DNA of 64,000 nt from Planctomycetota bacterium. Lineage in GTDB: Bacteria; Planctomycetota; UBA1135; UBA2386. Within the stretch, counting starts at the first letter, position 1. Each line of letters starts with the position of its first letter. Positions 8,653 to 18,702 of this stretch are shown here, piece by piece. The position numbers were made by a program, and so were the translations under genes. The notes under the pieces were generated by a model that saw only the letters and a list, made by a program, of their open reading frames with translations, was not told the DNA's origin and did no database searches. The stretch is from the NCBI GenBank assembly GCA_046290465.1, contig JBKAGP010000001.1:4032001-4096000 (forward strand), written 5' to 3'.

Positions 8653-10656
8653 ATGCCTGCCACCACCCGCAGAATCCTGACCGCCGTCACTATGACAGCG
8701 TCACTTGCCGCCCAGAACGTCCAGGGCAATTCAAACGCGCACAGCTTCACGACCCACCAAACCGGCACGTTCGGCCTGTTCGCCGCCAACGATCAGGCGG
8801 TCGGAAAGGAGCTGTGGAAGCTCGACCTGCTTTCGAACACTACCAGCATCGTCGCTGACATCCGGCCCGGTGCCGTTGGATCCAACCCGACCGGGATGAC
8901 CTTCCTCGGACCCGACTACGTTTTCGCAGCCGACAACGGCGCGACCGGTGACGAACTCTGGCGCAGCGACGGCACCACCGCGTCGCTCGTGCTCGACATC
9001 AACCCGACCGGCTCCTCCTACCCGCGCGAATTCACCGTCGTTGGCACCCGGGTTTTCTTCGTAGCGAACGACGGCCTCACCGGTGACGAACTCTGGCAGT
9101 ACGACGGGACCACCGCTTCGCTTGTCGCCGACATCAATCCCATCGGTGGGTCCAAGCCGCGTTCGTTGACCGCCTTTCAAGGTGTCCTGTTGTTCTCGGC
9201 CGACGACGGCTTCAGCGGGCCCGAACTCTGGCGAACGGATGGCACGGCGGCTGGCACCGCACTCATCGCAGACATCTCGCCCGGCCCTAAAGGCAGCTTG
9301 CCAGCCGAACTTACACAGGTCTCCGCGACGACGGTCGCCTTCGTGGCGAACGACGGCATCGCCGGCGCCGAGCTGTGGCGCACCGACGGGATCACGGCCG
9401 TGCAACTGGCAGACATCTTCCCCGGCGCCAACGGGTCCGCACCCAGTAACCTGACACGGCACCTGTCAAGGGTCTACTTCGCGGCGACCAGCCCGACCAA
9501 CGGACGCGAATTGTGGGTCACGGACGGCGCAACTACGCAACTGTTCGCCGACATCCAACCCGGGGTCGGAGGCTCCGACCCACGCGAGCTCGTCTCCGAC
9601 GGGTTCCTCGATCTGTGGTTCACCGCCGACGACGGCCCGAACGGCAACGAGATCTGGCGATCAGTAGGCCTGACCGGGCCACCGATTCGCATCACCAACC
9701 TAGTTCCCGGGACGGGCAGCCTTGAGCCGCGCTCCCTCACGCCGACCGGCAACATCGGTGAAATCGCGTTCGTCGACCGCGCCTTCACGCCGAGCTTGTG
9801 GACCGCGAGCGCATTCGGTAGCACGACGACGCTGCAGCGGACCTATCGTAACGGTCCGGTCGGTATGGCGTCCCATCGCAACATCTTCGGCGCCGGCTTG
9901 ATCTTCACCGCGGACGACGGCCTGGGCATGGAACCGTACCGTTTCACGGTAACCGGCCCCCAGATCATCGCTGACATTGCACCGCCTCCGAGCGAAGACC
10001 GGCCGGACATCGATCTGCACGCGGCACCCGACACCTTGTCGATCACGATCTGCATGGAGAACGGTGATCCGGGCGGCGTGGGTGTCATCGCAGTTGCTCC
10101 GAACATCTCGGCCCCGATTTCTCTCCCGGCCGTCATTGCCGGCAACGTCCTGATCCAGCCGCCGGTCTTTACGTCGATCGTCTTGCTGGATGGCACGGGT
10201 GCCGGCTGCTTCACAACCAACATTCCGCTACCGGTCACTACCGCCGAACTGGCGGCGCAGGGTTTCGGCCTCTACCCCTCGACCCCCTCAATCCGTGCAA
10301 CGGATCTCGGCGCCTTCGGCGTAACTAGCTTGAGCTCGGTGCCGATGTTTACCGGGGACACCCGAGTTGTCGGTGTGTTCAACGACAAGGACCACCGCTA
10401 CGAGATCGGCCTGAAGCTTCCGCCACTACCAAGCAGCGGACGTCACCCAACCGGCAAGTTCCGGGTCCGGCACCGCAAGGGCCAAGGCGCGGCGAGCATG
10501 CTGACCGACGTGCCCGGCAACGCGTTTGACTACCAAGGGTATGAGACCGATCTGTTCTTCGAAGGCTCGACCGTGCTTGAGGAGATCGAAGGCATCGAGT
10601 TGTGGTTCATCGACAGCGAGGGCAGCGAGCAGTTCGTCTGGAGGTCGTACTGCTGA
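8653..10656 (+). CDS. Secreted ELWxxDGT-repeat protein
   Basis: AAGGAG RBS, signal peptide, repeated ELWRSDGT/ELWQYDGT/ELWRTDGT units. Confidence 0.9.
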   Translation: MPATTRRILTAVTMTASLAAQNVQGNSNAHSFTTHQTGTFGLFAANDQAVGKELWKLDLLSNTTSIVADIRPGAVGSNPTGMTFLGPDYVFAADNGATGDELWRSDGTTASLVLDINPTGSSYPREFTVVGTRVFFVANDGLTGDELWQYDGTTASLVADINPIGGSKPRSLTAFQGVLLFSADDGFSGPELWRTDGTAAGTALIADISPGPKGSLPAELTQVSATTVAFVANDGIAGAELWRTDGITAVQLADIFPGANGSAPSNLTRHLSRVYFAATSPTNGRELWVTDGATTQLFADIQPGVGGSDPRELVSDGFLDLWFTADDGPNGNEIWRSVGLTGPPIRITNLVPGTGSLEPRSLTPTGNIGEIAFVDRAFTPSLWTASAFGSTTTLQRTYRNGPVGMASHRNIFGAGLIFTADDGLGMEPYRFTVTGPQIIADIAPPPSEDRPDIDLHAAPDTLSITICMENGDPGGVGVIAVAPNISAPISLPAVIAGNVLIQPPVFTSIVLLDGTGAGCFTTNIPLPVTTAELAAQGFGLYPSTPSIRATDLGAFGVTSLSSVPMFTGDTRVVGVFNDKDHRYEIGLKLPPLPSSGRHPTGKFRVRHRKGQGAASMLTDVPGNAFDYQGYETDLFFEGSTVLEEIEGIELWFIDSEGSEQFVWRSYC

Positions 10657-10663
10657 GCCGAGC

Positions 10664-11314
10664 TTAGGCGAGAAACTCATCAACACTGCCGCGCTTCATC
10701 GCCATCAACTTCTTGGAGATCCTGGCGATGGCGCGGTTGCACCGGACACGCGCCGAATCCTCCTTCATGTCGACGGCCGTGCCGATCGTCGCGAAGTCCA
10801 GCTCGTCGTAGATGCGCATGATCACGATGCGCTGATCCGTCGGCGGCAACGTCGCGATCGCCAAGCGAACGGCGGCTTCGCGCTCGTTGCCACGAACCGC
10901 CTCGGTCGGCGTCGTATCGTCGGCGGCGCACATGTGCAGCCTTACCGATGTGCCGCTGGGCAACGGCTTCTCACGGGCAACCTGGCGCCGCATCCGCGCA
11001 AACCAACGATGTTGACCAGCGATAACGCCATCGACGATCTTCACCAACAGGCCACGCAACTGTTCGCGCGTCTCGACCTCGAACGGCGGCGAGTAGCGCA
11101 TGAACTCGACAACGGCATCCTGCAGGACATCGCCGGTATCCGCCTTGCTCCGAACCTGGCGGCCGAGCCGCCCGTGCGCGTAGCGGCGCAGATACTCCAT
11201 GTTGCTATCGAGTATCTGACCGAGCGCGCCATGATCCCGTTCTTGAAACCACCGGCGCAACAGCGCGGGCAGCGCGGCCTTGTCTCGATCGGCGTCTTCA
11301 GGTGATTCGTGCAC
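10664..11314 (-). CDS. ECF sigma-70 factor
   Basis: Region 2 (YLRRYAHGRLGRQVRSKADTGDVLQD) and region 4 (LPPTDQRIVIMRIYDELDFATIG). Confidence 0.9.
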   Translation of the reverse strand: MHESPEDADRDKAALPALLRRWFQERDHGALGQILDSNMEYLRRYAHGRLGRQVRSKADTGDVLQDAVVEFMRYSPPFEVETREQLRGLLVKIVDGVIAGQHRWFARMRRQVAREKPLPSGTSVRLHMCAADDTTPTEAVRGNEREAAVRLAIATLPPTDQRIVIMRIYDELDFATIGTAVDMKEDSARVRCNRAIARISKKLMAMKRGSVDEFLA

Positions 11315-11447
11315 AGCTCACCACCTCGTGATCACTGGACCAAGCGAAGTGGCAAGCCATCATATAGCATCTGCCACGGTTGACATGAGTCGGCGAGTAA
11401 TACCGGCAAACCCTTGAGCCAGCAGCAGGGCGCCCGCCGAGACTCCG

Positions 11448-12772
11448 AGCGCGTCCTGTCCGGAAAGTCGGCCGACGCTGATTCGGCCAGAATCCCGAGC
11501 TCAGATGCCGCCGATGGCCGATTCGCGATCTCTGATTCCGGCCGAGCAGGCGGACTGGTGGCGGGGATCGAGGTCGCCAACCAGTCTGTCGCGAAGCAGT
11601 AGGGCCGTCAGGCCACGCGTCGATAGCTGCGAAGCAGCCCGCCGAGACGCTCGTCGGCGACGACCTCGCCATCTCTCGGCGGTTCACTGTCGCCTGCCGT
11701 GACCAGGCGGTTGTCGAGCCCCTGGTGCGGTCGGTCCTGGTTGTAGTGGTCGACGTAGCTCTGGAGAGCGCGTCGCAGGTGCGCCTCGCCGAGCAGGATC
11801 AGCTTGCTCAGGCACTCGCGCTTGACGCTCTGCACCCATCGCTCGGCGAAGGCGTTCATGTTCGGCGCCTGGACAGCGGTTCGCACAACCTGGACACCGG
11901 CAGCGTCGAGGATGCCGACGAACTGCTTCGTGAACAGCGTGTCGTTGTCGAGGATCAGGTATCGCTGCCCGCGCTGGAAGCCATCGACGTGGTCGGTCAG
12001 GTTGCGCGCGACCTGCGCCATGAAGCCCGCGTTCGGCTTGGTCGTCACGCCGGCGATCTCGACGCGGCGTGTCGCGTGCTGGATGGCAAGCAGCACGTAG
12101 TGGGTGACGAGCCCGCGCCTGGTCCATAAGTCGACCGTGAAGAAGTCCATGCCGCAGATGACGTCAGCGTGCGCCTTCAAGAAGGTCCGCCAACTGGTCG
12201 GCCGATCCGGGCTCGGCTTGATGCTGTTGTCCTTGAGGGTGGCCGCGATGGTGGTTCGGCCGACGCGGTGCCCGACCTTCTTCAGCTCGCCCTGGATACG
12301 CAGGTAGCCCCAGCTCGCGTTCTCGGTGGCCATGCGCACGATCAGCTCGCGGATCGCCTTCATGATGCCTGGTCGGCCAACGCGACCCTTGTGCGGGTAG
12401 GTGTGGTGCGCAGCGATCAGCCGGCGGTGCCATCTCAGGATCGTGTCGGGCGTGACGATCGTCGCGACGCGGTCGAGCATGCGGCGGCCGAGCGGCTTGC
12501 CCTTGGCCGCGAGACGTCGGCGTTGGTCGTCGGTCAGGCGGAGTCGCTTCCTGCCGAGCTGTTCCTTCAGCACGCGGTTCTCTTCGGCCAGGTAGTCGAT
12601 GACCTGCGATTGCTGCCTGTTGACGAAGCCGGCGAACGCGGCGAGTAGGAACCTGAGCGGGAAGGTGGTGCTCATCAGCCTGTATCGGCGCTCGAGTGCG
12701 GGGCTTCGTTCCGAAGCCGGCGCACTGCCATCACCGAGCCCGTCGCATCACGCCTGGACTCCGCATGCCTGT
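11448..12772 (-). mobile_element. rve/DDE insertion sequence, copy 1 (outer left end missing)
   Basis: Homologous to 15920-17252 from AGCGCGT...TCCGGAAA through TGCCTGT. Confidence 0.75.
11608..12675 (-). CDS. Integrase core domain (rve) DDE transposase
   Basis: IVTPDTILRWHRRL, NASWGYLRIQGEL, DFFTV, DND, PNMNAFAERWVQSVKRECL, YNQDRPHQGL. Confidence 0.9.
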   Translation of the reverse strand: MSTTFPLRFLLAAFAGFVNRQQSQVIDYLAEENRVLKEQLGRKRLRLTDDQRRRLAAKGKPLGRRMLDRVATIVTPDTILRWHRRLIAAHHTYPHKGRVGRPGIMKAIRELIVRMATENASWGYLRIQGELKKVGHRVGRTTIAATLKDNSIKPSPDRPTSWRTFLKAHADVICGMDFFTVDLWTRRGLVTHYVLLAIQHATRRVEIAGVTTKPNAGFMAQVARNLTDHVDGFQRGQRYLILDNDTLFTKQFVGILDAAGVQVVRTAVQAPNMNAFAERWVQSVKRECLSKLILLGEAHLRRALQSYVDHYNQDRPHQGLDNRLVTAGDSEPPRDGEVVADERLGGLLRSYRRVA

Positions 12773-12801
12773 CGGCATCAGCCCCCTTTCGATTCGTCAG
12801 C

Positions 12802-13100
12802 TCACTCTCTTCGCTTGCGCCAGTAGCCGGGGCGTCGGTGCAGGTGCGCGACTGCGAGTACGAGGACTCGATCGACGCGAAGGGCGTAGATCAGCGCGAA
12901 TGGGAATCTGCGGAGAAGCAGCGCCGGGTGCCCGTGACGTCCTCGGGCCAGCGATGAGGCGCCTCTTGCAGGACGGCGAACCCTCGCTCCAGCTCGGCGA
13001 CGAAGGCGTCAGCGGCTCGCGGGCTACGTTCTGCATACCACGCGCGCGCCGCGGCCGCCTCCTCGACGGCCTCGGGGTGGAACGACAGTTCGACGCCCAC
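12802..13100 (-). pseudogene. RelE/ParE-family toxin with 1-nt deletion frameshift
   Basis: MGVELSFHPEAVEEAAAARAWY...GTRRC. Restoring one C near 12917 gives LLRRFPFALIYALRVDRVLVLAVAHLHRRPGYWRKRRE*. Confidence 0.8.
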
Positions 13101-13101
13101 G

Positions 13102-13320
13102 CTAGCCCGAGATCCGGCGACGAGCCTCGTCGAGGTCGACGGCGTTCACTCTGCCAGTGTCGAGGTCGGTCAGGCGTCGCTGGATCTCGGCAGACCAGGC
13201 GGCTTCAGCGTCAGCGTCTACCGCGCTCTCGAGGCTGCGCAACAGGCTGCCCGCGAGTGCCGCGCAGGCCTCGGCAGGTAGCGACATGGCGCGACGCAGG
13301 AGGTCCTCGGAGTCGTTCAT
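13102..13320 (-). CDS. Putative addiction-module antitoxin (TIGR02574-like)
   Basis: 72 aa MNDSEDLLRRAMSLPAEACAALAGSLLRSL...AWSAEIQRRL, directly upstream of the toxin. Confidence 0.8.
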   Translation of the reverse strand: MNDSEDLLRRAMSLPAEACAALAGSLLRSLESAVDADAEAAWSAEIQRRLTDLDTGRVNAVDLDEARRRISG

Positions 13321-13392
13321 GCGGATTAGCATACCTTGCTGGGGGCGTTGGTGCTGCGAGCCGGTTGCGGCGGCGGGTGGCGTTTCGGCCGC

Positions 13393-13670
13393 GAGTGTGC
13401 AACGGAGTGTGCAACGACCTTGGTCACAGCCTGGCACAACGTGGCACGATCGCTGGCGCCAGATGGTGCCGCATCGCCCGACACGTGGCACGGTTAGGCA
13501 CATCCTGACACAGCGTGGCACAACGCCGCCCTGCGTCTTCGAGTCCTGCAGGGCCTACCACTCGGATCGTGCGCGGATGGCGCGTAGTTGCCGATTCGCG
13601 GGGGTCGGAGTACTCGGGGAGGGCGAGTGTGCAATGGCCTCGGTCACAACGTGGCACGGCCTGGCACGGA
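13393..13670 (+). mobile_element. att junction 2: arm + tRNA 3' core (13538-13560) + arm
   Basis: GAGTGTGCAAC x2, GGTCACA and phased TGGCAC-like repeats upstream; 23-bp core identical to 1493-1515; same spacer and arm downstream. Confidence 0.85.
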
Positions 13671-13674
13671 TGGG

Positions 13675-13838
13675 GGAGCTCGGGTTGCCGCGCCCGCGCA
13701 CGGGCGGTGGCGTCCGTGCACCGGTTCGACTCGGCGCTACGGCCGAATCTGCACTACCACGTGGTGTGGTTGGACGGGGCGTATCCGTGGCAGCCGCGGC
13801 ATGGCGTTGTCACCTGCCACGAGTGCGAAGGGCTCGAG
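13675..13838 (+). pseudogene. IS91-family (HUH/Y2) transposase fragment
   Basis: ELGLPRPRTG (frameshift) AVASVHRFDSALRPNLHYHVVWLDGAY resembles the IS91-family G-A-V...RFGSALNLNxHFHxLxxDGVY motif. Confidence 0.7.
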
Positions 13839-14149
13839 CAACGGCGGGGGCTACGGCTGCAACCGGCGCCCGTAGGGTCGTCTCGGTCGTCGGCGGCCGC
13901 ATGCTTGTTACAAATGGTGCGCCGCGCCCGCCTGGCGCGTCCGGGAGGTTAGGTCGCTCCGCGGCTGAAGGGTCGCAAGTCGACGTGCTAGGGGAAGGTA
14001 GGCACCGAATGGCCGCCCCGATGAGGAGGCGACCGCCACCTCAATCGACGTTCCCTGGCACGGATTCCATGCTAAGCACTTTCGACTTGGCCCCCTTGGC
14101 AGGTCGTTGGTAGATCGCCTCCCTACACCGCCGAACCGAGGAACGCCTG

Positions 14150-14908
14150 ATGGAACATCCGAACTCGAAGGCAATGGCAAAGCTGCGGCTACTTGCGCCG
14201 TTGCTCCAGAAGCACGCGAAGCGCCTCTGCAAGCTCGTGCGCCCGGACTTCCCACCCGCCCAACGCCCGCAGCCGCAGACGCTCATCCAGGTCGCCGAGG
14301 CCGAGATCGAGTCGTCGAGCACGGAACCCGGGCCGCTTGCGATCATGCACGTGTCGTGGAATGCGATGCGCAGGTACATCCGCGAGCAACAGTTCCAGGC
14401 CATGGAGCGTGATCTCCACTCGTATGCGGTCAGGCTGGCCCACGCAATCGCCGTAGTCGGCACGCCGGCGCGCACCCGCGCCGAAACGGCACTCAACCAG
14501 GCCGGCTACGAGTACATCCGCAACCAGAATGCCCTGCTCGAACGCGTTCCGGCGAAGGCGTGGTGCCAGAGATTGATCGAGTGGCGGTTGAAGGACGGTG
14601 ATCGCGCTGATCGCCGCAACGCCGTGATCGTCGTCGATTCGCCAGCGACGTTGGCCGAGAGCAAGGAGTCCGTCCTCGACACGGTCGCGACCCGTGAGTT
14701 GGCGCAGTTCGTGGCCGCCTCGGTCAAGAAGCTTGGGTCGCCCTACGACTTGATTTTCCAGGCGTTGACGTGCGACGGCCTCAAGCAGGCCGAGGTCGCG
14801 GAGAAACTCGACATGGAGCTGTGGCGTGTGAAGGCATGCAAGGGATTACTCGACACCGCGATCCTGCAAGCTATCGAGAGCTACTCAAAGGGAGGCGAAG
14901 ATGAGTAA
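14150..14908 (+). CDS. Divergent ECF-like sigma factor
   Basis: C-terminal region-4 HTH (DGLKQAEVAEKLDMELWRVK), region-2-like AKAWCQRLIEWRLKDGDR; overlaps a downstream ZAS gene. Confidence 0.6.
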   Translation: MEHPNSKAMAKLRLLAPLLQKHAKRLCKLVRPDFPPAQRPQPQTLIQVAEAEIESSSTEPGPLAIMHVSWNAMRRYIREQQFQAMERDLHSYAVRLAHAIAVVGTPARTRAETALNQAGYEYIRNQNALLERVPAKAWCQRLIEWRLKDGDRADRRNAVIVVDSPATLAESKESVLDTVATRELAQFVAASVKKLGSPYDLIFQALTCDGLKQAEVAEKLDMELWRVKACKGLLDTAILQAIESYSKGGEDE

Positions 14909-15887
14909 CGCGAAGAAGCGAACGACCGTCCCGCTCAAGGCGCTGCCAGCAATTTCGCTGGCAGCCAAGCTGCTGGACGAAGATCGCAGCAAGTGCCCCA
15001 GCATTGATTCGATCGGCATCGTCGCCTACTCGGCCCTCGGAGTGGGCGGTAGCCTGTCGGAAGCTGACCAGCACGTGTTCGCAACCGTCAAAGCACACCT
15101 GTTCGAGTGCGCGCGGTGTGCCGCGGACTACCGATACCTGTTGCGCGATATCTCGCGCGACGAGCGCGACGACAAGCAGAAGAACTGCATCCAGATGAGT
15201 TTTGACCTGTCGGATGCGCTGGTGTCGTCGCAGGAGACGGTCCCGCCACTGCGCAATGCGATCGTCGCGGCCGAGGTGTCAAAGACCATCGGCACCGTCA
15301 AGCACGGCAAGTTGATCTACGCGCCACCGACGCCGGCCGAATTGGTTGAGAACGTCCTAGCCGTCGAGGCGAACAGCATGAGGAAGGCCGACAGCTACCG
15401 CTCCATATCGCGCATAAACTTCCACCGGAGCATCAAGTGCCTCGCGGGCCATCCCGGCGAAGGTCCGTTCTTCGATGCGCTGGTCGGAGCGTTGTCGCGC
15501 GGAGCCAAGGCTCGGCGCATCTTCCCGCTTCCGATAGGACATTCGCAACAGGTGCTGGACGCTCTTGTGGGCAACGGCGACTTGCCGGAGGGCTACGAGT
15601 TCTTGCGTGCCCATCATCGGTTGTCGGAGGAGTTCCCGGGGTACGAGATCCGGTTCCTGACGACGGACGCCGAACAGGTCAACTTCGGTATGTTCGAGGA
15701 TGGTGCGACGGGCACCCGTCGGTGCTTCGAGCCCTACTACGAGGACGGCCGCACTCGCGGATTGACGTGCGTTCTGTCGGCCGACAACTACGTCTCAATG
15801 TGGGACTGCGTCTGGGACGAGGCTATCTCGGCTCATGACGCGCAGTTCGAAGCCGGGATGGCCCCCGACGACACCAGCGCGCCGTAG
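14901..15887 (+). CDS. Putative cytoplasmic anti-sigma factor (ZAS motif) with unknown C-terminal domain
   Basis: HLFECARC = HxxxCxxC; GGAGG RBS; no TM segment. Confidence 0.6.
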   Translation: MSNAKKRTTVPLKALPAISLAAKLLDEDRSKCPSIDSIGIVAYSALGVGGSLSEADQHVFATVKAHLFECARCAADYRYLLRDISRDERDDKQKNCIQMSFDLSDALVSSQETVPPLRNAIVAAEVSKTIGTVKHGKLIYAPPTPAELVENVLAVEANSMRKADSYRSISRINFHRSIKCLAGHPGEGPFFDALVGALSRGAKARRIFPLPIGHSQQVLDALVGNGDLPEGYEFLRAHHRLSEEFPGYEIRFLTTDAEQVNFGMFEDGATGTRRCFEPYYEDGRTRGLTCVLSADNYVSMWDCVWDEAISAHDAQFEAGMAPDDTSAP

Positions 15888-16087
15888 GAACGGGCGCTGG
15901 CGCAGATTGGTGGGCTCGAAGCGCGTGGTATCCGGAAACTTGGCCGACGCTGATTTGGCCAGAAATTCTGGCTCGGATCGCTTCGATGAGCTATTCGCGA
16001 CGGTTGGCTTCGGCCGAGTTGGCAGACTGGTGCTCGTGAACGATGTCGGTAACCAGCCAACCAGCCTGTCACGAAGCAGCAGGGCCG

Positions 16088-17155
16088 TCAGGCCGCGCGT
16101 CGATAGCTGCGAAGCAGCCCGCCGAGACGCTCGTCGGCGACGAGCTCGCCATCTCTCGGCGGTTCGCTGTCGCCTGTCGTGACCAGCCGGTTGCCGAGGC
16201 CCTGATGCGGGCGCTCCGCGTTGTAGTAGTCGACGTAGTTTGACAGGGCCCGCCGGAGGTGTTGCTCTCCGAACAGAATCATCCTGCTGAGGCACTCTCG
16301 CTTGACGCTCTGCACCCACCGCTCGGCAAACGAGTTCATGTTCGGAGCCTGGATGGCGGTGCGCATGACGTTGACGCCGGCCGCGGCGAGGATGCTGTCG
16401 AACTGCCTCGTGAACGACGGCGCGTTGTCGACCACCAGGAACCGCTGCCCATGCAGGAACCCGTCGACCTGATCGGTGAGGTTGCGCGCTACCTGCGCCA
16501 TGAAGCTCGCGTTCGGGTGCGTGGTGACGCCGCTGATCCCGACCCGCCGTGTCGCGTGCTGGATGGCGAGCAGCACGTTGTGCGTGACGAGTCCGCGCTT
16601 GGTTCAAACGTCGACCGTGAAGAAGTCCATGCCGCAGATCGCATCGGCATGCGCCTTCAGGAACGTGCGCCAGCTCGTCGGCCGGTCCGGGCTTGGCTGG
16701 ATGCCGCTGTCTTTGAGCGTGGTCGCGATGGTCGTCTTGCCAACGCGGTGGCCGAGCTTCTTGAGCTCGCCCTGGATGCGCAGGTAGCCCCAGCTCGCGT
16801 TCTCGGTGGACATGCGGACGATCAGCTCGCGGATCGCCTTCATGATGCCGGGGCGGCCAACTCGTCCCTTGTGCGGGTAGGTGTGGTGCGCCGCGATCAG
16901 CCGGCGGTGCCACCTCAGGATCGTGTCGGGGGTGACGATGGTTGCGAAGCTGTTGAGGATGTGGCGGCCCAACGGCTTGCCCTTGGCCGCGAGGCGGCGG
17001 CGCTGGTCGTCGGTCAGGCGGAGTCGCTTCCTGCCGAGCTGTTCCTTCAGCACGTGGTTCTATTCGGCCAGGTAGTCGATGACCTGCGCCTGCTGCCTGT
17101 TGACGAAGCCGGCGAACGCGGCGAGCAGGAACCTGAGCGGGAAGGCGGTGCTCAT
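16088..17155 (-). pseudogene. rve DDE transposase copy 2, two nonsense codons
   Basis: Same 1068-nt length as copy 1; in-frame TAG at 17060-17062 (E in copy 1) and TGA at 16604-16606 (W in copy 1). Confidence 0.9.
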
Positions 17156-17272
17156 CAGCCTGTATCGACGCTCGAGTGCCAGGCGGTCTCCCGAGGCCGG
17201 CGCACCGCCGTCATCGAGCCCGTCGCATCACGTCTGGAATACGACTGCCTGTGTATACGTCCTCGGTGATGA

Positions 17273-17596
17273 CTAATCAGCGCCGGGATCATCGTCGAGT
17301 TCTCGGGAGAGATCGCGAGCGCCGTGGATCAGTCGGGCTACGCGGATGCCGTCCTCCACCGGCTCGTATACGATGATGAATGTGCGGAGCAGGACGAAGT
17401 AACGGAAGGACCGTCCAGGGGGATCGATCTCCGGCTGGCTCGTGCCGAGCTCTGGCGACTCAGCGAGTCGTCTTAGGGCCTGTTCGAATGCGTTTCGTAG
17501 TCGACGCGCTTGCGTGACGCCGAAGCGGCGGACGGTGTAGTCGGTAATCTGTCGGCGGTCGTCTTGGCTTGCGAGCGAGAGCTCGATGTGGCTCAC
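17273..17596 (-). CDS. parE: ParE/RelE-family toxin
   Basis: GTG start overlapping the antitoxin stop; [19 protein letters not shown]...[23 protein letters not shown]. Confidence 0.85.
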   Translation of the reverse strand: MSHIELSLASQDDRRQITDYTVRRFGVTQARRLRNAFEQALRRLAESPELGTSQPEIDPPGRSFRYFVLLRTFIIVYEPVEDGIRVARLIHGARDLSRELDDDPGAD

Positions 17597-17886
17597 GGCG
17601 CGTCCTTTTGCTGGGCTTCCAGCTCGGCGATTTCCCGGTCCCAGTCCGCAAAGAAGGTATCTGCGTCGACCGTTTCGCCTCGGTCTAGTTGGTCCGCGCC
17701 TTCCTGCACGAGGGCGCGAACGCGTTCGAGTTCGGCCTGGCGGCGGCGCTGCTGATCTTCCAGAAGTCGCAGGCCCTCCCGGACGACCTCGCTCGCGGAC
17801 TGGTATCGGCCCGAGGCCACGCAGTCGGCTAAGAACTCTGCCTGTCGTGGAGTGAACGAGACGCTGATGTTCTCTCGCTGGGCCAT
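17593..17886 (-). CDS. parD: ParD-like RHH antitoxin (CC2985 family)
   Basis: [36 protein letters not shown]. Confidence 0.85.
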   Translation of the reverse strand: MAQRENISVSFTPRQAEFLADCVASGRYQSASEVVREGLRLLEDQQRRRQAELERVRALVQEGADQLDRGETVDADTFFADWDREIAELEAQQKDAP

Positions 17887-18059
17887 GACGGGAGTGTAGG
17901 ACAATGTCGCACACCGTCAAGTCGGTCCGGTGCTGCGTTGTCCGAGAGCTTCATGCCATGCGGCACTCCCACAGCCGATCCGCCTCGACGTCGCGGCTCT
18001 GCTCGATCTTCTCGACGCCGCCGCCGTTGAGAGCCTCGGGGTCGAGGTCGGTGGCCTTC

Positions 18060-18450
18060 CGCGCTCCAGCTTCAACGGTCGCTCACCGGCGGGCCCATAG
18101 ACCTCTAGGATTGTTGCAGGAAGGCCGATACCGCCCTCTTCAATGTAAGCAGCGCGCACGGCTCGACAGCCCAACTCACGCGCCGCATAACTGGGAAGCA
18201 CACCTACGTCTGTCCCCCTAGGAGCATTATTCACAAGCAGCGTCCAACCGCCAACACTCATCCACGCATGTCGACTCAGAACCGCAGCCGGATTTAGCGC
18301 ATCCAAAACGTCAACGAAAGAGCGCCACCTCGCCTCGACGACTCGCCACCCGAGGCCTTCAGCAAGCCACTCGGCAACCGCAGCATGAGCGCATTCAAAG
18401 AAACCGACCTCTTGCGTCAGCTCTCCACCGCTTCCGCTGGGCCAACTCAC
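18060..18450 (-). pseudogene. Truncated hypothetical protein, possibly polymorphic-toxin immunity type
   Basis: Lower-GC DNA; GWTLLVNNAPRGTDVGVLPSYAARELGCRAVRA...ILEVYGP; switches to unrelated sequence at ~18060. Confidence 0.45.
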
Positions 18451-18702
18451 GGAACGATCCTCAGCACAAAAACACCCCTCGGGACATTTGCCAGAATCCT
18501 ATACTCGCGCTCCGCTTCTGACGCGCCGGATATTAGCTTTGATGGACTCTCCGCGTGCTCGCGCCGCCGGAAGTCGACGACGCGGTCGGCCGGACTCCGC
18601 CTGCCAATGCTGGGCTAAATCCGCTACCAATGCACCCAGTCATGGTTGTCACATATGCTCCCGCTTGCACGGCCCGCGAGGAGCTCGGGAGAAGGCGCAA
18701 GA

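Noticed and set aside
11608..12675. rve protein as the integrase acting on the att cores
   Set aside because: It is a DDE transposase with its own ends; tRNA T-loop integration is typical of tyrosine recombinases.
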